A stretch of DNA of 60,000 nt from the NCBI RefSeq assembly GCF_036321535.1, contig NC_087438.1:2296001-2356000 (forward strand), written 5' to 3'. Below are positions 23,901-35,560 of the stretch, one piece after another. A program made the position numbers and the translations under genes. Source of the stretch: Camelus dromedarius (lineage: Eukaryota). The notes under the pieces are model-generated. The model was not told where the DNA came from. It worked only from the letters and a program-made list of their open reading frames with translations, and did not search any database. Numbering within the stretch: position 1 is the stretch's first letter; each line of letters starts with the position of its first letter.

Positions 23901-26900
23901 AATTCTGGAATGGCCTTCCGTGGGAGGTCGGAGGAGTGTGGTCCAGAACCCAGGGGAGGAGTGGGCAGAGCAGTGCCCCAGGGTGACGTCTCCTGCAGTG
24001 GGGACTCAGGGAGGTCCCTGGGGCGCTCAGGCCTTGTGGATACCCCCACCCCTGCCCCTGCCAGCAGCCCCTACCCCCCTTCGGGTGAGACACAAGTGGA
24101 GCCCTTTCTGTGGGCTGCTGTTTGGTTTCTGAAGACGCCGCGGGTGTCTCTGATCCCCAATCCATTTATCCAGCGTCCTGAGCACTGGCTGAACGTGGGG
24201 ACACAATGGAGGGCTGCACCAGGGGGCCGGTTGAGGGGCGGCGCACACGGCTAAGCACCCCCCCCTCCGCCCCAGCGCACCCCGATCGTCCCCACCTCCG
24301 GGGGACCCAAGCTCGGTGGCCGAGCGCAGTGGTGGGAATAGTGCTGAGACAGTTTAAATCTTCTAAACCGCAGGGCTTTTCCTCTTAATTCCTTCTACTT
24401 GAAGCTGCCCTTCGGAGTGGAGAGGATGCTGCCGGTTTCCTCGGCACGTCCCCGCCTGAGCGCAGGAGCTCGGGGAGCAGGAGAGGGGGCTCCGGCGGGC
24501 CGGGCGGAGCAGGTCGCGGGGGCGGCCGCCAACACCGGGATGGAAGCTAGCTGGCCACTTGCAGCCTCTCCTCCTGTCTTTCCCCGTTTGCTTGTTTGTC
24601 ACTGCTGTCGCTTGGCTTGTTATTGAATTTTAAACATGTGTTTAATTGCCAGGCCCTCAGATAGCTGCAGCCACGTCTGAAAATATTAAATACATCTGCG
24701 AGACAGTGGGCGAGGGAAATCAGAAAGGTGCTGGCTGCACGGAATGTTAAAAGGGTCTCACAATGAGTGATTAACATTTTTATGAATAAAATTAATCACG
24801 CATTAACTCTGCAGCACAGGGCATCTGAAAGCCAGTTGCAGCCCAGGCCGCTCCTCACTCACACCCAAGAACTTCGGAGGCCTCCGTGGCCCACAGCAAA
24901 CATCCAGCCATTAGGAATTTCAGACTATTTATAAGACGATGTGCCAATAACAGCTGAGTTTGAGGTGAGGAAGCTAAAGCCTCCAAACATACCACCACCA
25001 TCAGCAAACGTACGGCAAAATTAAAAAGCAACCAGTATTTTGATTTTTACCTTTAGCAAACTCCCAGTTGAACCCTGCCGTTCCCGTGCTAGGATATGCT
25101 CATGGGATTGTGTGGGCCTGGGCCCAGCAGGGCAGCAGGGCGTGATCCGGGAGGCGGAGGCTGCATCCCAAGGCCCTGGGAGTGATGCTCTCCACTTCCC
25201 GGCCCTTGTCCTGGGCCTGCGGTTCCGGTGAAGCGGACTGGATCGGAGGGCGGACCCTGGCATTATTAAATCTCCAGTATCCCAGATAATAAAGTGTGAT
25301 CCTCCCCTCCTGGCCTCCCCTCCCTCCTTTCTAATCTCTTGCCACCGCGGTCTTGGGATTATTCCAGCAGGCTGTACAAAGGGACGCGAAGGCATCTGAA
25401 GTGTCACTCTGCAGCTGTGGCAGAGGGGCCGTGTTGCCACTTTGCCGGTGCTCCCAGCCCATGTGCGCAGCAGAAGGTGAAATCAAAGCCGCCCATCTCC
25501 CTCGGTCCTGCACATTATTTTCCACCGCGGTGGCGAATCTCTCCGAGCTCCATGAACCAATAAAACCGTGGACCCTGTTTGAGTTGATATATTAATATTT
25601 GCTGAGGATTTGCAAGGTCGATGCTAAATGTCAGCAGATTGCTGGGGCAGACCTGTGGGGGATAATTAAACAAATCTCACAGCAGTTCATCCTCCTAACA
25701 TCTTTATTAATCTTTTTTTTCCTCCCTTACTCTCCTGGAAGAGTACTCTGAAAGATTGCTTTTGCCACTTTAGAGAAGATTCCGAATCAGTAATCATAAA
25801 AGACTCCGCTGGCGACGTTTGGATGTTCGCTTCGGAGGATCCCGGGACCCTTCCCTGGTGGGTGTTCTAGGGGAGGGAGGCCCGGCTGGGTGGACTGTCA
25901 CCGAGCGGCTGTGAACTTCACTAGCCCCTCCATCGTAAATCCCGGCCGGTTTGCCCGACACCATCCTCCTGTTTCTGTGATTCCACCCGTGTGCAGGCTC
26001 CGCCCAGTGGCCCACTTTGCTGGGCGAGGGGCCTGCCGCCTTTAACGTGATTACAGGGAACACTCACTACAAGTCGGACGGTTGTGTTTAATGAGCTTCA
26101 TCATCAGTGTCGGGGTGCCTCACTGCACGTCACAGCCTGTAGCAGCCCTCGGCCACGCAGTCCTCTGCGATCTGATTTATTTTTTTATCAGGCAGCAGGA
26201 GCTGTCTGGAGTTTCTGTTTGTCTAATGGGGACCTGCATCAGGCCCCCAGTGTAAAAACACCACCAGGAAATTAATTGCTTCTGTGTGGATTCGCCGCAG
26301 ATGGGTCCTGTTGATGAGAATGGTATATTTTCGACTTTGCTATCCTGCAGTGAGTTATAAAAAAAATAATAAAATGAAAGCCAGCAACGCAAACATATTA
26401 GCAGCAATATAGATTCAGGATGGCGTAATTGAAAACATGGGCTTTCGGAGGACAATGTGCAGCGAAAGTTCAAGTTTCTCGTAAGAGATTTTCCTTCCGG
26501 CCCTCTTCCGCAGGTTTTTATTTATTTGTTTATGTATGTATGTGTGTATGTATTGCTTCTAAGTGGAACCACCTCCGGGCAGACACGTGGCTGGAGTTTC
26601 AGCTGGCTTCTGGCGGGGAGATTCACTTGCAGTAACAGAAGCTGCTCCCCGCCCAGGCCTGACACGGGCGCGGCCGAGGCCTGCGGCTCGTGCTCCCACA
26701 GCGGTGCCTGTTCAGCGAGGCTCCAGCCGGAGGCCCCCGGGGGCCCTTTCATCAGGCCTCTGGGCCCCTGCGTTCTGACGAGGCTGCACGTTGCTCCTAC
26801 GACCTGGGGTATCTTAAGTTTGCCTTTAGGCTGGTTAGTCTCAGATTTCGCACCTGTCACCTGTATGCTCTGTTCTCGGCGCTGGACAGCCCCTCGCTGG

Positions 26901-27509
26901 TGGTCCCCAGCACTAGGGTGCGGGGGCTGCTCCGTGCCCCTTCGTCTTCCCACGAGGAGCCTCACGAGCTTCGTTCTCCTCTTCCTCCTTGTTGAGGCTG
27001 CCTGAGGTCAGCCGTCGGGGTTCTTATGGGGTTGGTCAACTTGACCTCAGATAACTCAGCAGACTACAGCTTACCTATGGGAAAACAAACCCAGAAACTA
27101 ATGCTGAGTGTAACGTCGTGGTAAAGATGGGGGGGCACTCAGAACTGGGCAGGAAAAGACAGAAGGAATGCATTGCCCCGCCCGGAAGCAGCGCGTGTTC
27201 ATGCTGAGGCAGCGAGAATAATCAGCCACTAGCACTTGGCAAGTTGGCTTTGCCGAGTCCCGTCGAGGGGTAATTCTGGTGACCCCCCTTGGAATTCCGC
27301 AGCGTGAGACGACAGTGGTCTCGCGGCCAGTTCAGGGTGGGTGTGGGCTCCCGAAGGAGAGGCACGTGCTTGTTCTTCTTGAGAACGTGGGGGTGAGGCT
27401 GGGGAGGGAGCACCACCTCTTGGCATCCAGATAAAGCCACGAGGCTGTGCGGTGATCTGATGGGTGAGCTCACGGAGCAGAGGCAGGCTGCCCAGGGTGG
27501 GGTGCATGT

Positions 27510-27568
27510 GAGAGACAGACAGACAGACAGACAGGCAGAGCCAGAGAGAGAGAAAGAGAGAGAAAGAG
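27510..27568 (+). repeat. (GACA)n/(GA)n microsatellite
   Basis: gagagacagacagacagacagacagg...gagagagagaaagagagagaaagag. Confidence 0.85.
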
Positions 27569-27669
27569 GCCTAGAACTGTGTGTCTCCCGCTGGGTAACC
27601 TACCCTCCTCCACCCTCTTTCCCCGAAACCCTCAGCCCTTACTCACTGAGAGAGGATACACAGCAGGAC

Positions 27670-27885
27670 CCTTAGGGAAGCCTGTTAAAAATGCACGTTC
27701 TGGGGTTGGGGGAGGGTGTAGCTCAGTGGTAGGGCACCTGCTTAGCATGCATGAGGTCCTGGGTTCAATCCTCAGTACCTCGATTAAGAGATAAAAAGGC
27801 ATGCAGCCCCCTCCCTAATTCCTGTTTCAGCAGGGGTCGGGAAGGGCCCAGTCATCTGCATTTTAAATCAGGTCATTCTGAAGCC
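27670..27885. mobile_element. MER5A-like hAT-Charlie DNA transposon remnant, split by the SINE
   Basis: Left part cctgttaaaaatgca, right part tttcagcaggggtcgggaagggcccagtcatctgcattttaa...tcattctga. Both match the internally palindromic MER5A layout as I recall it. Confidence 0.6.
27708..27797 (+). mobile_element. tRNA-Ala-derived SINE (camelid Vic-1-like) inserted in a MER5-like element
   Basis: gggggagggtgtagctcagtggtagggcacctgcttagcatgcatgaggtcctgggttcaatcctcagtacctc plus an A-rich tail. Pol III A and B boxes present. Confidence 0.85.
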
Positions 27886-30800
27886 GTTGGGGAACCCACA
27901 CCAGGAGGGCCACCACCTGGATCCTGGACTGCCTCGAGTACTTCCTGTTAAAGGATCAGCTGACAAAGGGCTGGAGTGAGTGTCACCCTTCCTGGTTCCT
28001 GAGCCCTTGAGCGGGTGTGGAACTGGAAGATTCTAAGCATTGCAGAACCAAACAGATGCACCTTTGGTGGTGAGAGTGGTCCACGCTCTGCAGTGGGTGG
28101 GGACCCAGGCGACGTGCGCGCGCAGGTGCTGGGGGACCGCGGCGCTCACTGCCCGCTCGCCCGGGGCTGTGCAGAGCTGCACTAGGACAGCAGCTCTTCC
28201 CTGACATCCAACTGCATCCGTGGCCGCAGGACCGTTTATCAACTCCCAGCAGCAAGAAGGGAACTGATACCGTGCTGCCTGTCCCCCTTCAATGGCGGGG
28301 ACTTCAGTGCACGGCAGGTCCCCTGTTCATCACGCAGTGGCTGCAGCAGCATTTCTGGGCTCTCAGGGCTCCGGACAGTTCATTCCAAGGGGCTCCCCTC
28401 GATTCGCGGGTCGCTGATTCTTTGTGCTAGTCATTAACCTTTACGTGGGCGCAGCATTTTTTCTTTTTCCTATCTTGAGAATCAGAAAGTCTATGACGGT
28501 TGCTCCATCCTGAATGGATGTAAGAGTGAGAGCTTCTCCGGTGAACAACCAGGCTGAGGATGTCTGACAGACAGCTGCCGGTCCAGGCCCTCTGGTTACA
28601 GCAGAGAGAGAGCACCGCGGGCAGCGCTGGCCTCTGAGTCCAACAGGAGAGCTGGGTGCCGACCGCAGCCGACCTCCTCCACCCTCGGGGCGAGGGGAGC
28701 CGGGTGCCGGGTGCCGGACCCCTTCCAGGGAAAGGTCCCTAAGCCCCTCCCACCCCCGCCGCCTCCTTTCCCTGCCCTCTGCACCCGCACTTCAAAGTAA
28801 AGACAGGAAAGAATTTCTGAGCCCAGCCTTTAGGGACTGAAGTTCATTTTCTCTTGGGAAATTATTCTTTCCATTTTTAAGAAGGAAGTTTTTGTTTTTG
28901 TTGTTTTAAATCAGAAGAAAGACCCCAAACCTTCTCAGACATCAAATATCTGTTAAAAAAACCTTTTGGTAAGCTAACCATACATGAATCAGAAATAGGT
29001 GGCTTTGGTTTTCCTTAAAAGGCTTACTCTGAACCCCAAATATCTTTAGAAAGTTTGAGGCATTCAAATGCTGTGCAGCAGGGCACACAGCCAGCATTTT
29101 AGGGGGATGGACCCCATGCCCACGTCGCTGACGTATTCACAGGTATCGGAGTCAGCTGTTCATTTTGAGTGGATTCTGATGTGCAGGCATCCCTGTGGGG
29201 CTTTAAACCTGTCCCGCAGCCTCTCCCTGCTTGACAGCAGAAGGGTCCGTCTGCGGGGAGGTACACAGCCCTCACCCCTCACACTGCCTGTTGCGTCAAG
29301 TCCTCAACTCGTAAGTCTCAGGGAGCATTAGACTCGTGAAAATGCCTCTCTCATGGCAGGAACGTGTTCACCTTGGAAGGAGAGGTGGGAAGCCACCAGG
29401 ACACCTTTCTGTAATGGCTGACCTCTTAGGAGGTGACCGTCAGCCATGGTTCAGAGACAGGAACACGCTGCCCAGAAGTCCCCCTATCGGCTGGAATTCT
29501 GCAGGTGTGACTTTCATTCTGGTGAGCCTCGGCCCAGTGCTGCGGCCTGTGTGGTGGTCAAAGCAGTTCGTATCCTGGGTAGTAAAACCTGTCTGCCATC
29601 ACCCAGCCTGGAGGAGAGGAGTCAGTGCCTTCCCATCGGTGCGTATGGACCGCGCCCCCACCCCCATCGGTGCTTGTGGACCGCACCCGCACGTGTAGGC
29701 AGAGTGAGGGGAACATGGTGACTGTGAAATGAGAACTCACAGATACAGACATTGTTAGCTTGGGTCTAATTAGGATAATCATAATTCTTGGCATCTAAGG
29801 AGCGACTGCTGGGTGCCTGGCGCTGTTCGTAGCTTACATGTGGCAGCAGACTGAATCCCCAATAATGCATTGGGGTTGGAGTTATTCTTTGCTTAATTTT
29901 AGGGGCCAGGGACGGGGTAAGGTTTCTAAGCAATCTGTGCCGGCTGAACCGACTGGAATGGAAGAAGGTTCCGGGCTCCATCACGCCTCCCCCGCACCGA
30001 CCAACTGTGTGTCTGTCTCTCTCAGGTTTTCGGGCTGTGGGAGCTCCTTTATTTTGGAAATCATCGAGTGATGTGCCCTGCCATCTGACAGAACTTCCCG
30101 GTCCCCCGATGGACCTCTGTCGCCCCCGGACGTTGCCCTCACCCGTGGGGATGAAGCTGGTCTGTTCTAAAGCCAGCCTTAAAATCTGGTGGTTATTTTT
30201 CTGTCATCAGTAGGCAATGCTATTTTTTCTTAATGACTTTATGCAGAAATGGGACAAGCTGGCATGTCTTTTCTTACATTCTGTCTGTGGAAAGAAGACA
30301 CTGACTTTCCACGGGCACAGCCGTTCGGGGTCTGTGGTGCTGAAGGCTTGCCTGCAGCCTCTCCACTGGTCCCCGGCTCTGCCTCCCGGGCTCATCTGTG
30401 CTCCCCGCACCCCCTCTCTTTGCCTGTCTCCCCAAACTCCCCAAGGCCCTTACACACCAGGCCGGGCATCCCTGAAAGTACGGCTGATTAGTTGCAAGGT
30501 GTGGTGGGAGCCCGCGGGGTGCAGAAGGGCTGGGGGCACAAGCACCTCCAATCCCGGGGTGGGTGATACACGGCGCATCATCCACCTGTCTTGGGACCGT
30601 AGGTTCCGGTCTTGGACGTAAGGGATCTGGAGACCTTTCTAAACAGTACCCCAGTTTTAGAGGTTTACAGGTCAGTAAGTGAAATGTGCATGTTGTGTGC
30701 GTGTGCATGTGTGTCCGTGTGTGCACGTGTGGCGAGTGGCACGGGAAAGGTGCCGACTAGGAGAGAAGGGCCAGCCTTGTCCATGAGGTCAGTGTAGCTG

Positions 30801-31743
30801 CCAACACAATCAGTTAAGCCGAGAGACCCTGCCTTTTCCTGATTTCCTGGGGCAGAGCTGTGTTACCTGGAGAGCACTTCATACCCCAAACATTCCTTGT
30901 CTCATATTCATGGACCCACAGACTCTAAAAGGCACAAGAAGCCTCCATGTGCAGTTGGAAGAACGGATCCCACAAAGTCAAGTGAACTTTCCAGGATGCC
31001 CACGTCTACCTGTGGATGGAGGGAAGGAAAGAGGTTCCAGAGAGGGGACCACGATGGCCAGCATGAGCCCACCGTGAGCCCTGTCTCAGGAGGGTGAGCT
31101 CCTGTGTTGGCACATCCCAAAGATATTAGGATGGGACAAAGAAGGTGGTGACACAGAGGCAGAGACCTGGGAGACGGGTGGGGGGGACCTGGGTGCAGGC
31201 TGCCACCTTCTGTCTACAGGGCTGCCAGGCTTACCCCAGGTGTGCCTTCTGCCCCAGGTGGACTGCCTCCCTGTCCTCTCCTAGGCCAGCCTCTGTCCTC
31301 AGGACTCTGGCATGGCCCGGTCGTGGTCCTCACTGCAGTCGGGATTGGGCCTGGCCGGCCTCCCCATCCCACCTACTCGGTGGTGGTTGTTACAGCCGTC
31401 ACCACGGCCTGGATCCAGGCAACATGATCTCAGTGGCCTTTGCATCCGAGCGGCTCTGCTGTCCCCAGATAGCGAGATTCTACGAGTTTCTTACTCAGTG
31501 AGACTTCACAAGGTCCTGCTGACATTCACCCAGCTGGTAGCAAGGACTTTGCTTCTGGCTCAGCCTCAAGCTTCATGTCTCAGTATGTCCAGGTGCTTTG
31601 TCCTGCCCGGGAAGCCTGTGACCAGCCTCCAGGGACCTCCTTTTCCCTCTGGACTGAGACCTTCTCCAGGGAGGGGCTCCTGTGCAGAGCAACCGCTCCC
31701 CATAAGAAGTGGACCCTGATGGTGATGCTTCGATTCTCGTCAC

Positions 31744-32399
31744 TAAAAATAGACTCACCCTATGACCCAGCAATCCCACTCCTGGGTGTGTATCTGGAGG
31801 GAACTCTAATTCAAAAAGACACATGCACCCCAATGTTCATAGCAGCACTGTTTACAGTAGCCAAGACATGGAAGCAACCTAACTGTCCGTTGACAGATGA
31901 CCTGATAAAGAACCTGTGATATATTTGTACAGTGGAATACTACTCAGCCATAAAAGAATAAAATAATGCCATTTGCAACAACATGGATGGACCTAGAGAT
32001 CATTATGTGAAATGAAGTAAGCCAGAAAGAGAAATAAAAATACCATATAATATCACTTATATGTGAAATCTGAAAAGAAAAGACACAAATGAATTTATTT
32101 ACAAAGCAGAAACAAACTCACAGACACAGAAAGCAAACTCATGGTTATGGGGCAGGGTGAGGGGAGGGAGTGGGAAGGGATAAATTGAGAGTTTGATATT
32201 TGCAGATACTAACTACCATATATAAAATAGATAAACAAAGTCCTGTAGAACACAGGGAACAATATTTAATATCTCGTAGTAACTTCTGGTGAAAGAATAT
32301 GAAAAGGAATATATGTACGTGTATGTATGCCTGAAACATTGTGCTGTACACCAGAAACGGACACAACATTGTAAACTGTACTTCAATAAAATTAAAAAA
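31744..32399 (+). mobile_element. 5'-truncated L1 (end of ORF2 plus 3'UTR and poly-A)
   Basis: Translates to an L1 ORF2 C-terminus (PYDPAIPLLGVY...[22 protein letters not shown]). Ends aataaaattaaaaaaa. TSD attctcgtcac (31733-31743) / attcccgtcac (32400-32410). Confidence 0.93.
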
Positions 32400-34010
32400 A
32401 TTCCCGTCACCCCGAGTCCCGCGTTAATGCCAACCGGCCATAGTGGGGCTTTGCACACCCCTCTATTCACCAGGGACCCCGACTTTGTCCACTTCACTTC
32501 AATTAAGCACTTAATTTTGGTGGCTGGGTGGGCGGCCACCAAGGGGCCTGGAATGTTCCAGCAGCGAGTTCCAAGGTACTTACTGAAACCAGAGAGGCGG
32601 AGGCCGGCGTGGCTAAGAGGCTGAGCTAAGTGAGAGGTGCGTGGACTTAGCGAGTTAACGACCTCCTTCCTGAGGACATTTCCCCGTCCGCAGTGTTTGC
32701 CTTTCAAACAGTCCGGGTCCGAGCTCGCGCCGTGTGCCCCACCGGCCCCTTCCTCCCAGGGCTGTGCCTCTGAGTCCCTGCCGCCGGCACCCGGGGCCTC
32801 CCCGAGCCCCAACCAGGAGCACGGGACTCTGGGGACAGTGCTCGCCGCCCTGTCCCTGGAGGACTGAGACGCACGTCCCCGGCAGATGTGGCACATTCCG
32901 TGGGAACTTTCCAAGAGCCCGAGGTGGTCGGCCGTCTCCCTGCTGGTGGGGAAAATAGCTTCAGCGCAGTTTGGCACTTGCCTGCACCCCTCAGTCCCCC
33001 GCAGGAGCACTGACTGGCCGAGCGAGTGCCATGCCTGCGGCCCAGGGGGGTCTGGGGGGTGCTCACGGAGATGCCGCATTCCTGTGGGTTTCGGGATTGT
33101 TCCCGCTTTGTATCAGATGGAATTCTTTAAAAATGAGAACAACTGGGGACTCTGTTCTTCCAAGTTTGGTTTTGAACCCCCTGGTTAATGCCATCGGTGA
33201 AAACAATTAACTTCTGTATATTTCAGGTTACAGGCAGCACCTTGTGGAAATCTTATTTAATTATGTGCTATATTAATGTTATATTGATTATGTTATTGCC
33301 TGTAAATCCAGTTGCTTAATAAAGCTGCAGTCATTTTGCAATAAAGTTGTGTTTGCAGTCAATTAATGGGTGTCTGGGGGCCGACAAGCTATGTGCAGGG
33401 GGCGTTGGTGCTCAGGAAAATCGTCCCAGGGCTGAAATCCAGGAGCCAACAGAGAACATCGGTTATTTTTGTATATGTAGGAATGTATGTATGTAAATGT
33501 ATATAGTTGGATTAAGTGAAAAAGGAAAGCCATATACCCCACCACACTTATTTTTAGCACACAGATCCGGGCAGTTATGACCGGCCGTCTATGGCCCAGC
33601 TCTGAACAGCACTCAGGCAGCATCTGTACACGGGACAGGATAGTGTTTGATTTTAAAAGTACAAGTAAATGATAAGCGCCAATACTGAGACCATGTGAAG
33701 GCAGCTGAACAAAGCATACTTTCTCTGTGCGTCGTGTTGACATCCTGGGCTAGCGGAGCACATGGACCCATTGGGAGGAAATGCCATTGCCCCTCTGAAG
33801 AGCACAGCTGCCACAGATGTCATCTGGCATGTGGTCCAGCTTTTTTATCTTCCTACCAAAATTTCATGTCATGATTTTTACATCTTATGCTAAATTCAGG
33901 AGGCTGCAAAATAAATACAACCATTTCTTTCTTTCTCATCTTTTGTGATGTGTCCAAGATGTGTGTCCTAATAACAGAATGCAAACTGAATATTGGAGTT
34001 CTATGAGTCT

Positions 34011-35560
34011 ATTTTTTATTGTAGTATAGTCAGTTTACAGTGTTGTGTCAACTTCTGGTGCACAGCATCATGTTTCAGTTGTACATACACATACATATAT
34101 TCCTTTCCATGTTCTTTTTCATTATAGGTCACTGCAAGATCTTGCATATAGTTCCCTGTGCTCTACAGTATAAACTTGTTGTTTATCTATTTTATATAAA
34201 GTAGTTAGTATCTGCAAATCTCAAACTCCCAATTTATCCCTCCCCACCCCCTTCCCCCCAACCTCAGTAACTGCAAGTTTGTTTTCTATGTCTGTGAGTC
34301 TGTTTCTGTTTTGTAGATAATTTCATTAGTGTCTTCTTTTTTCTTTTTTTAGATTCCACATATGAGTGATATCATACGGTATTTTTCTTTCTCTTTCTGG
34401 CTTATTTCACTTAGAATGATGACCTCCAGGTCTATCCATGTTGCTGCAAATGACATTCTCTTCTTGTTTTTTATGGCTGAGTAGTATTCCATTATATAAA
34501 TATACCACGATGTCTTTATCTAGTCATCTGTTGATGGACATTTAGGTTGTTTCCATGTCTTGGTTATTGTAAAAAGTCCTGCTGTGAACATTGGGGTGCA
34601 GGTGTCTTTTCAAATTAAAGTTCCCTCTGGATATATGCCCAGGAGAGAGGTTGCTGGATCATATGGTAAGTCTGTTTTTTGTTTTTTGAGGAGTCTTCAT
34701 ACTGTTTTCCATAATGGCTGCACCAAACTACACTCCCACCAACAGTGTAGGAGTGTTCCCTTTTCTCCACAGCCTCTTCAGCATTTATCGTTCATGGACG
34801 TTTGAATGATGGCCATTCTGACCGGTGAGGTGATACCTCATTGTAGTTTTGATTTGCATTTCTTTGATAGTTAGTGATATTGAGCATTTTTTCAAGTGCC
34901 TGTTGGCCATTTGTATGTCTTCATTGGAGAATTGCTTGTTTAGGTCTTCTGCCCATTTTTGGATTGGGCTTTTTGGTTTTTGTCATTAATTTTTATGAGC
35001 TGTTTATATAGTCTGGAAATTAAGCCCTAGTCACTCGCATAATTTGCAAATATTTTCTCTCATTCTGTAGGTTGTCATTTTGCTTTGCTTATGGTTTCCT
35101 TTGCTGTGAAAAAGCTTATAAGCTCAATTAGGGCCCGTTTGTTTATTTTTGCTTTTATATCTATTGCCTGATAGACTGTCCTAGGGGAACATTGCTGAGA
35201 TGTATGTCAGAAAATGTTTTGCCTGTGTTTTCTTCTAGGAGGTTTATAGTGTCTTGTCTTATGTTTAAAAGTCTTTAAGCCATTTTGAGTTTATTTTTGT
35301 GCATGTTGTGAGGGAGTGTTCTAACTTCACTGATTTACACTTAACTGTCCAGTTTTCCCAACGCCACTTGCTGAAGAGACTGTCTTTTCTCCATTGTATG
35401 TTCTTGTCTTCTTTGTGGAAGATTAATTGACCATAGGTCTGTGGGTCTATTTTTGGACTCTATTCTGTTCCCTTGATTCATATGTCTGTTTTTGTGCCAA
35501 TACCCCACTGTTTTGATTACTGTAACTCTGTGGTGTTGTCTGAAGTCTTGGAGGTTCTTC
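34011..35560 (-). mobile_element. 5'-truncated L1 (about 1.55 kb of ORF2 3' end plus 3'UTR)
   Basis: Reverse complement is homologous to the L1 at 31744-32399. Exact 10-bp TSD ctatgagtct at 34001-34010 and 35561-35570. Confidence 0.93.

Noticed and set aside
27708..27782. Apparent tRNA-Ala(AGC) gene (also at 59517 and 45351)
   Set aside because: Extra 5' bases, stem mismatches, A-rich tails and TSDs identify these as SINE copies, not functional tRNAs.
32213..33079. 288-aa minus-strand ORF
   Set aside because: Runs into antisense L1 3'UTR and has no coding signature.
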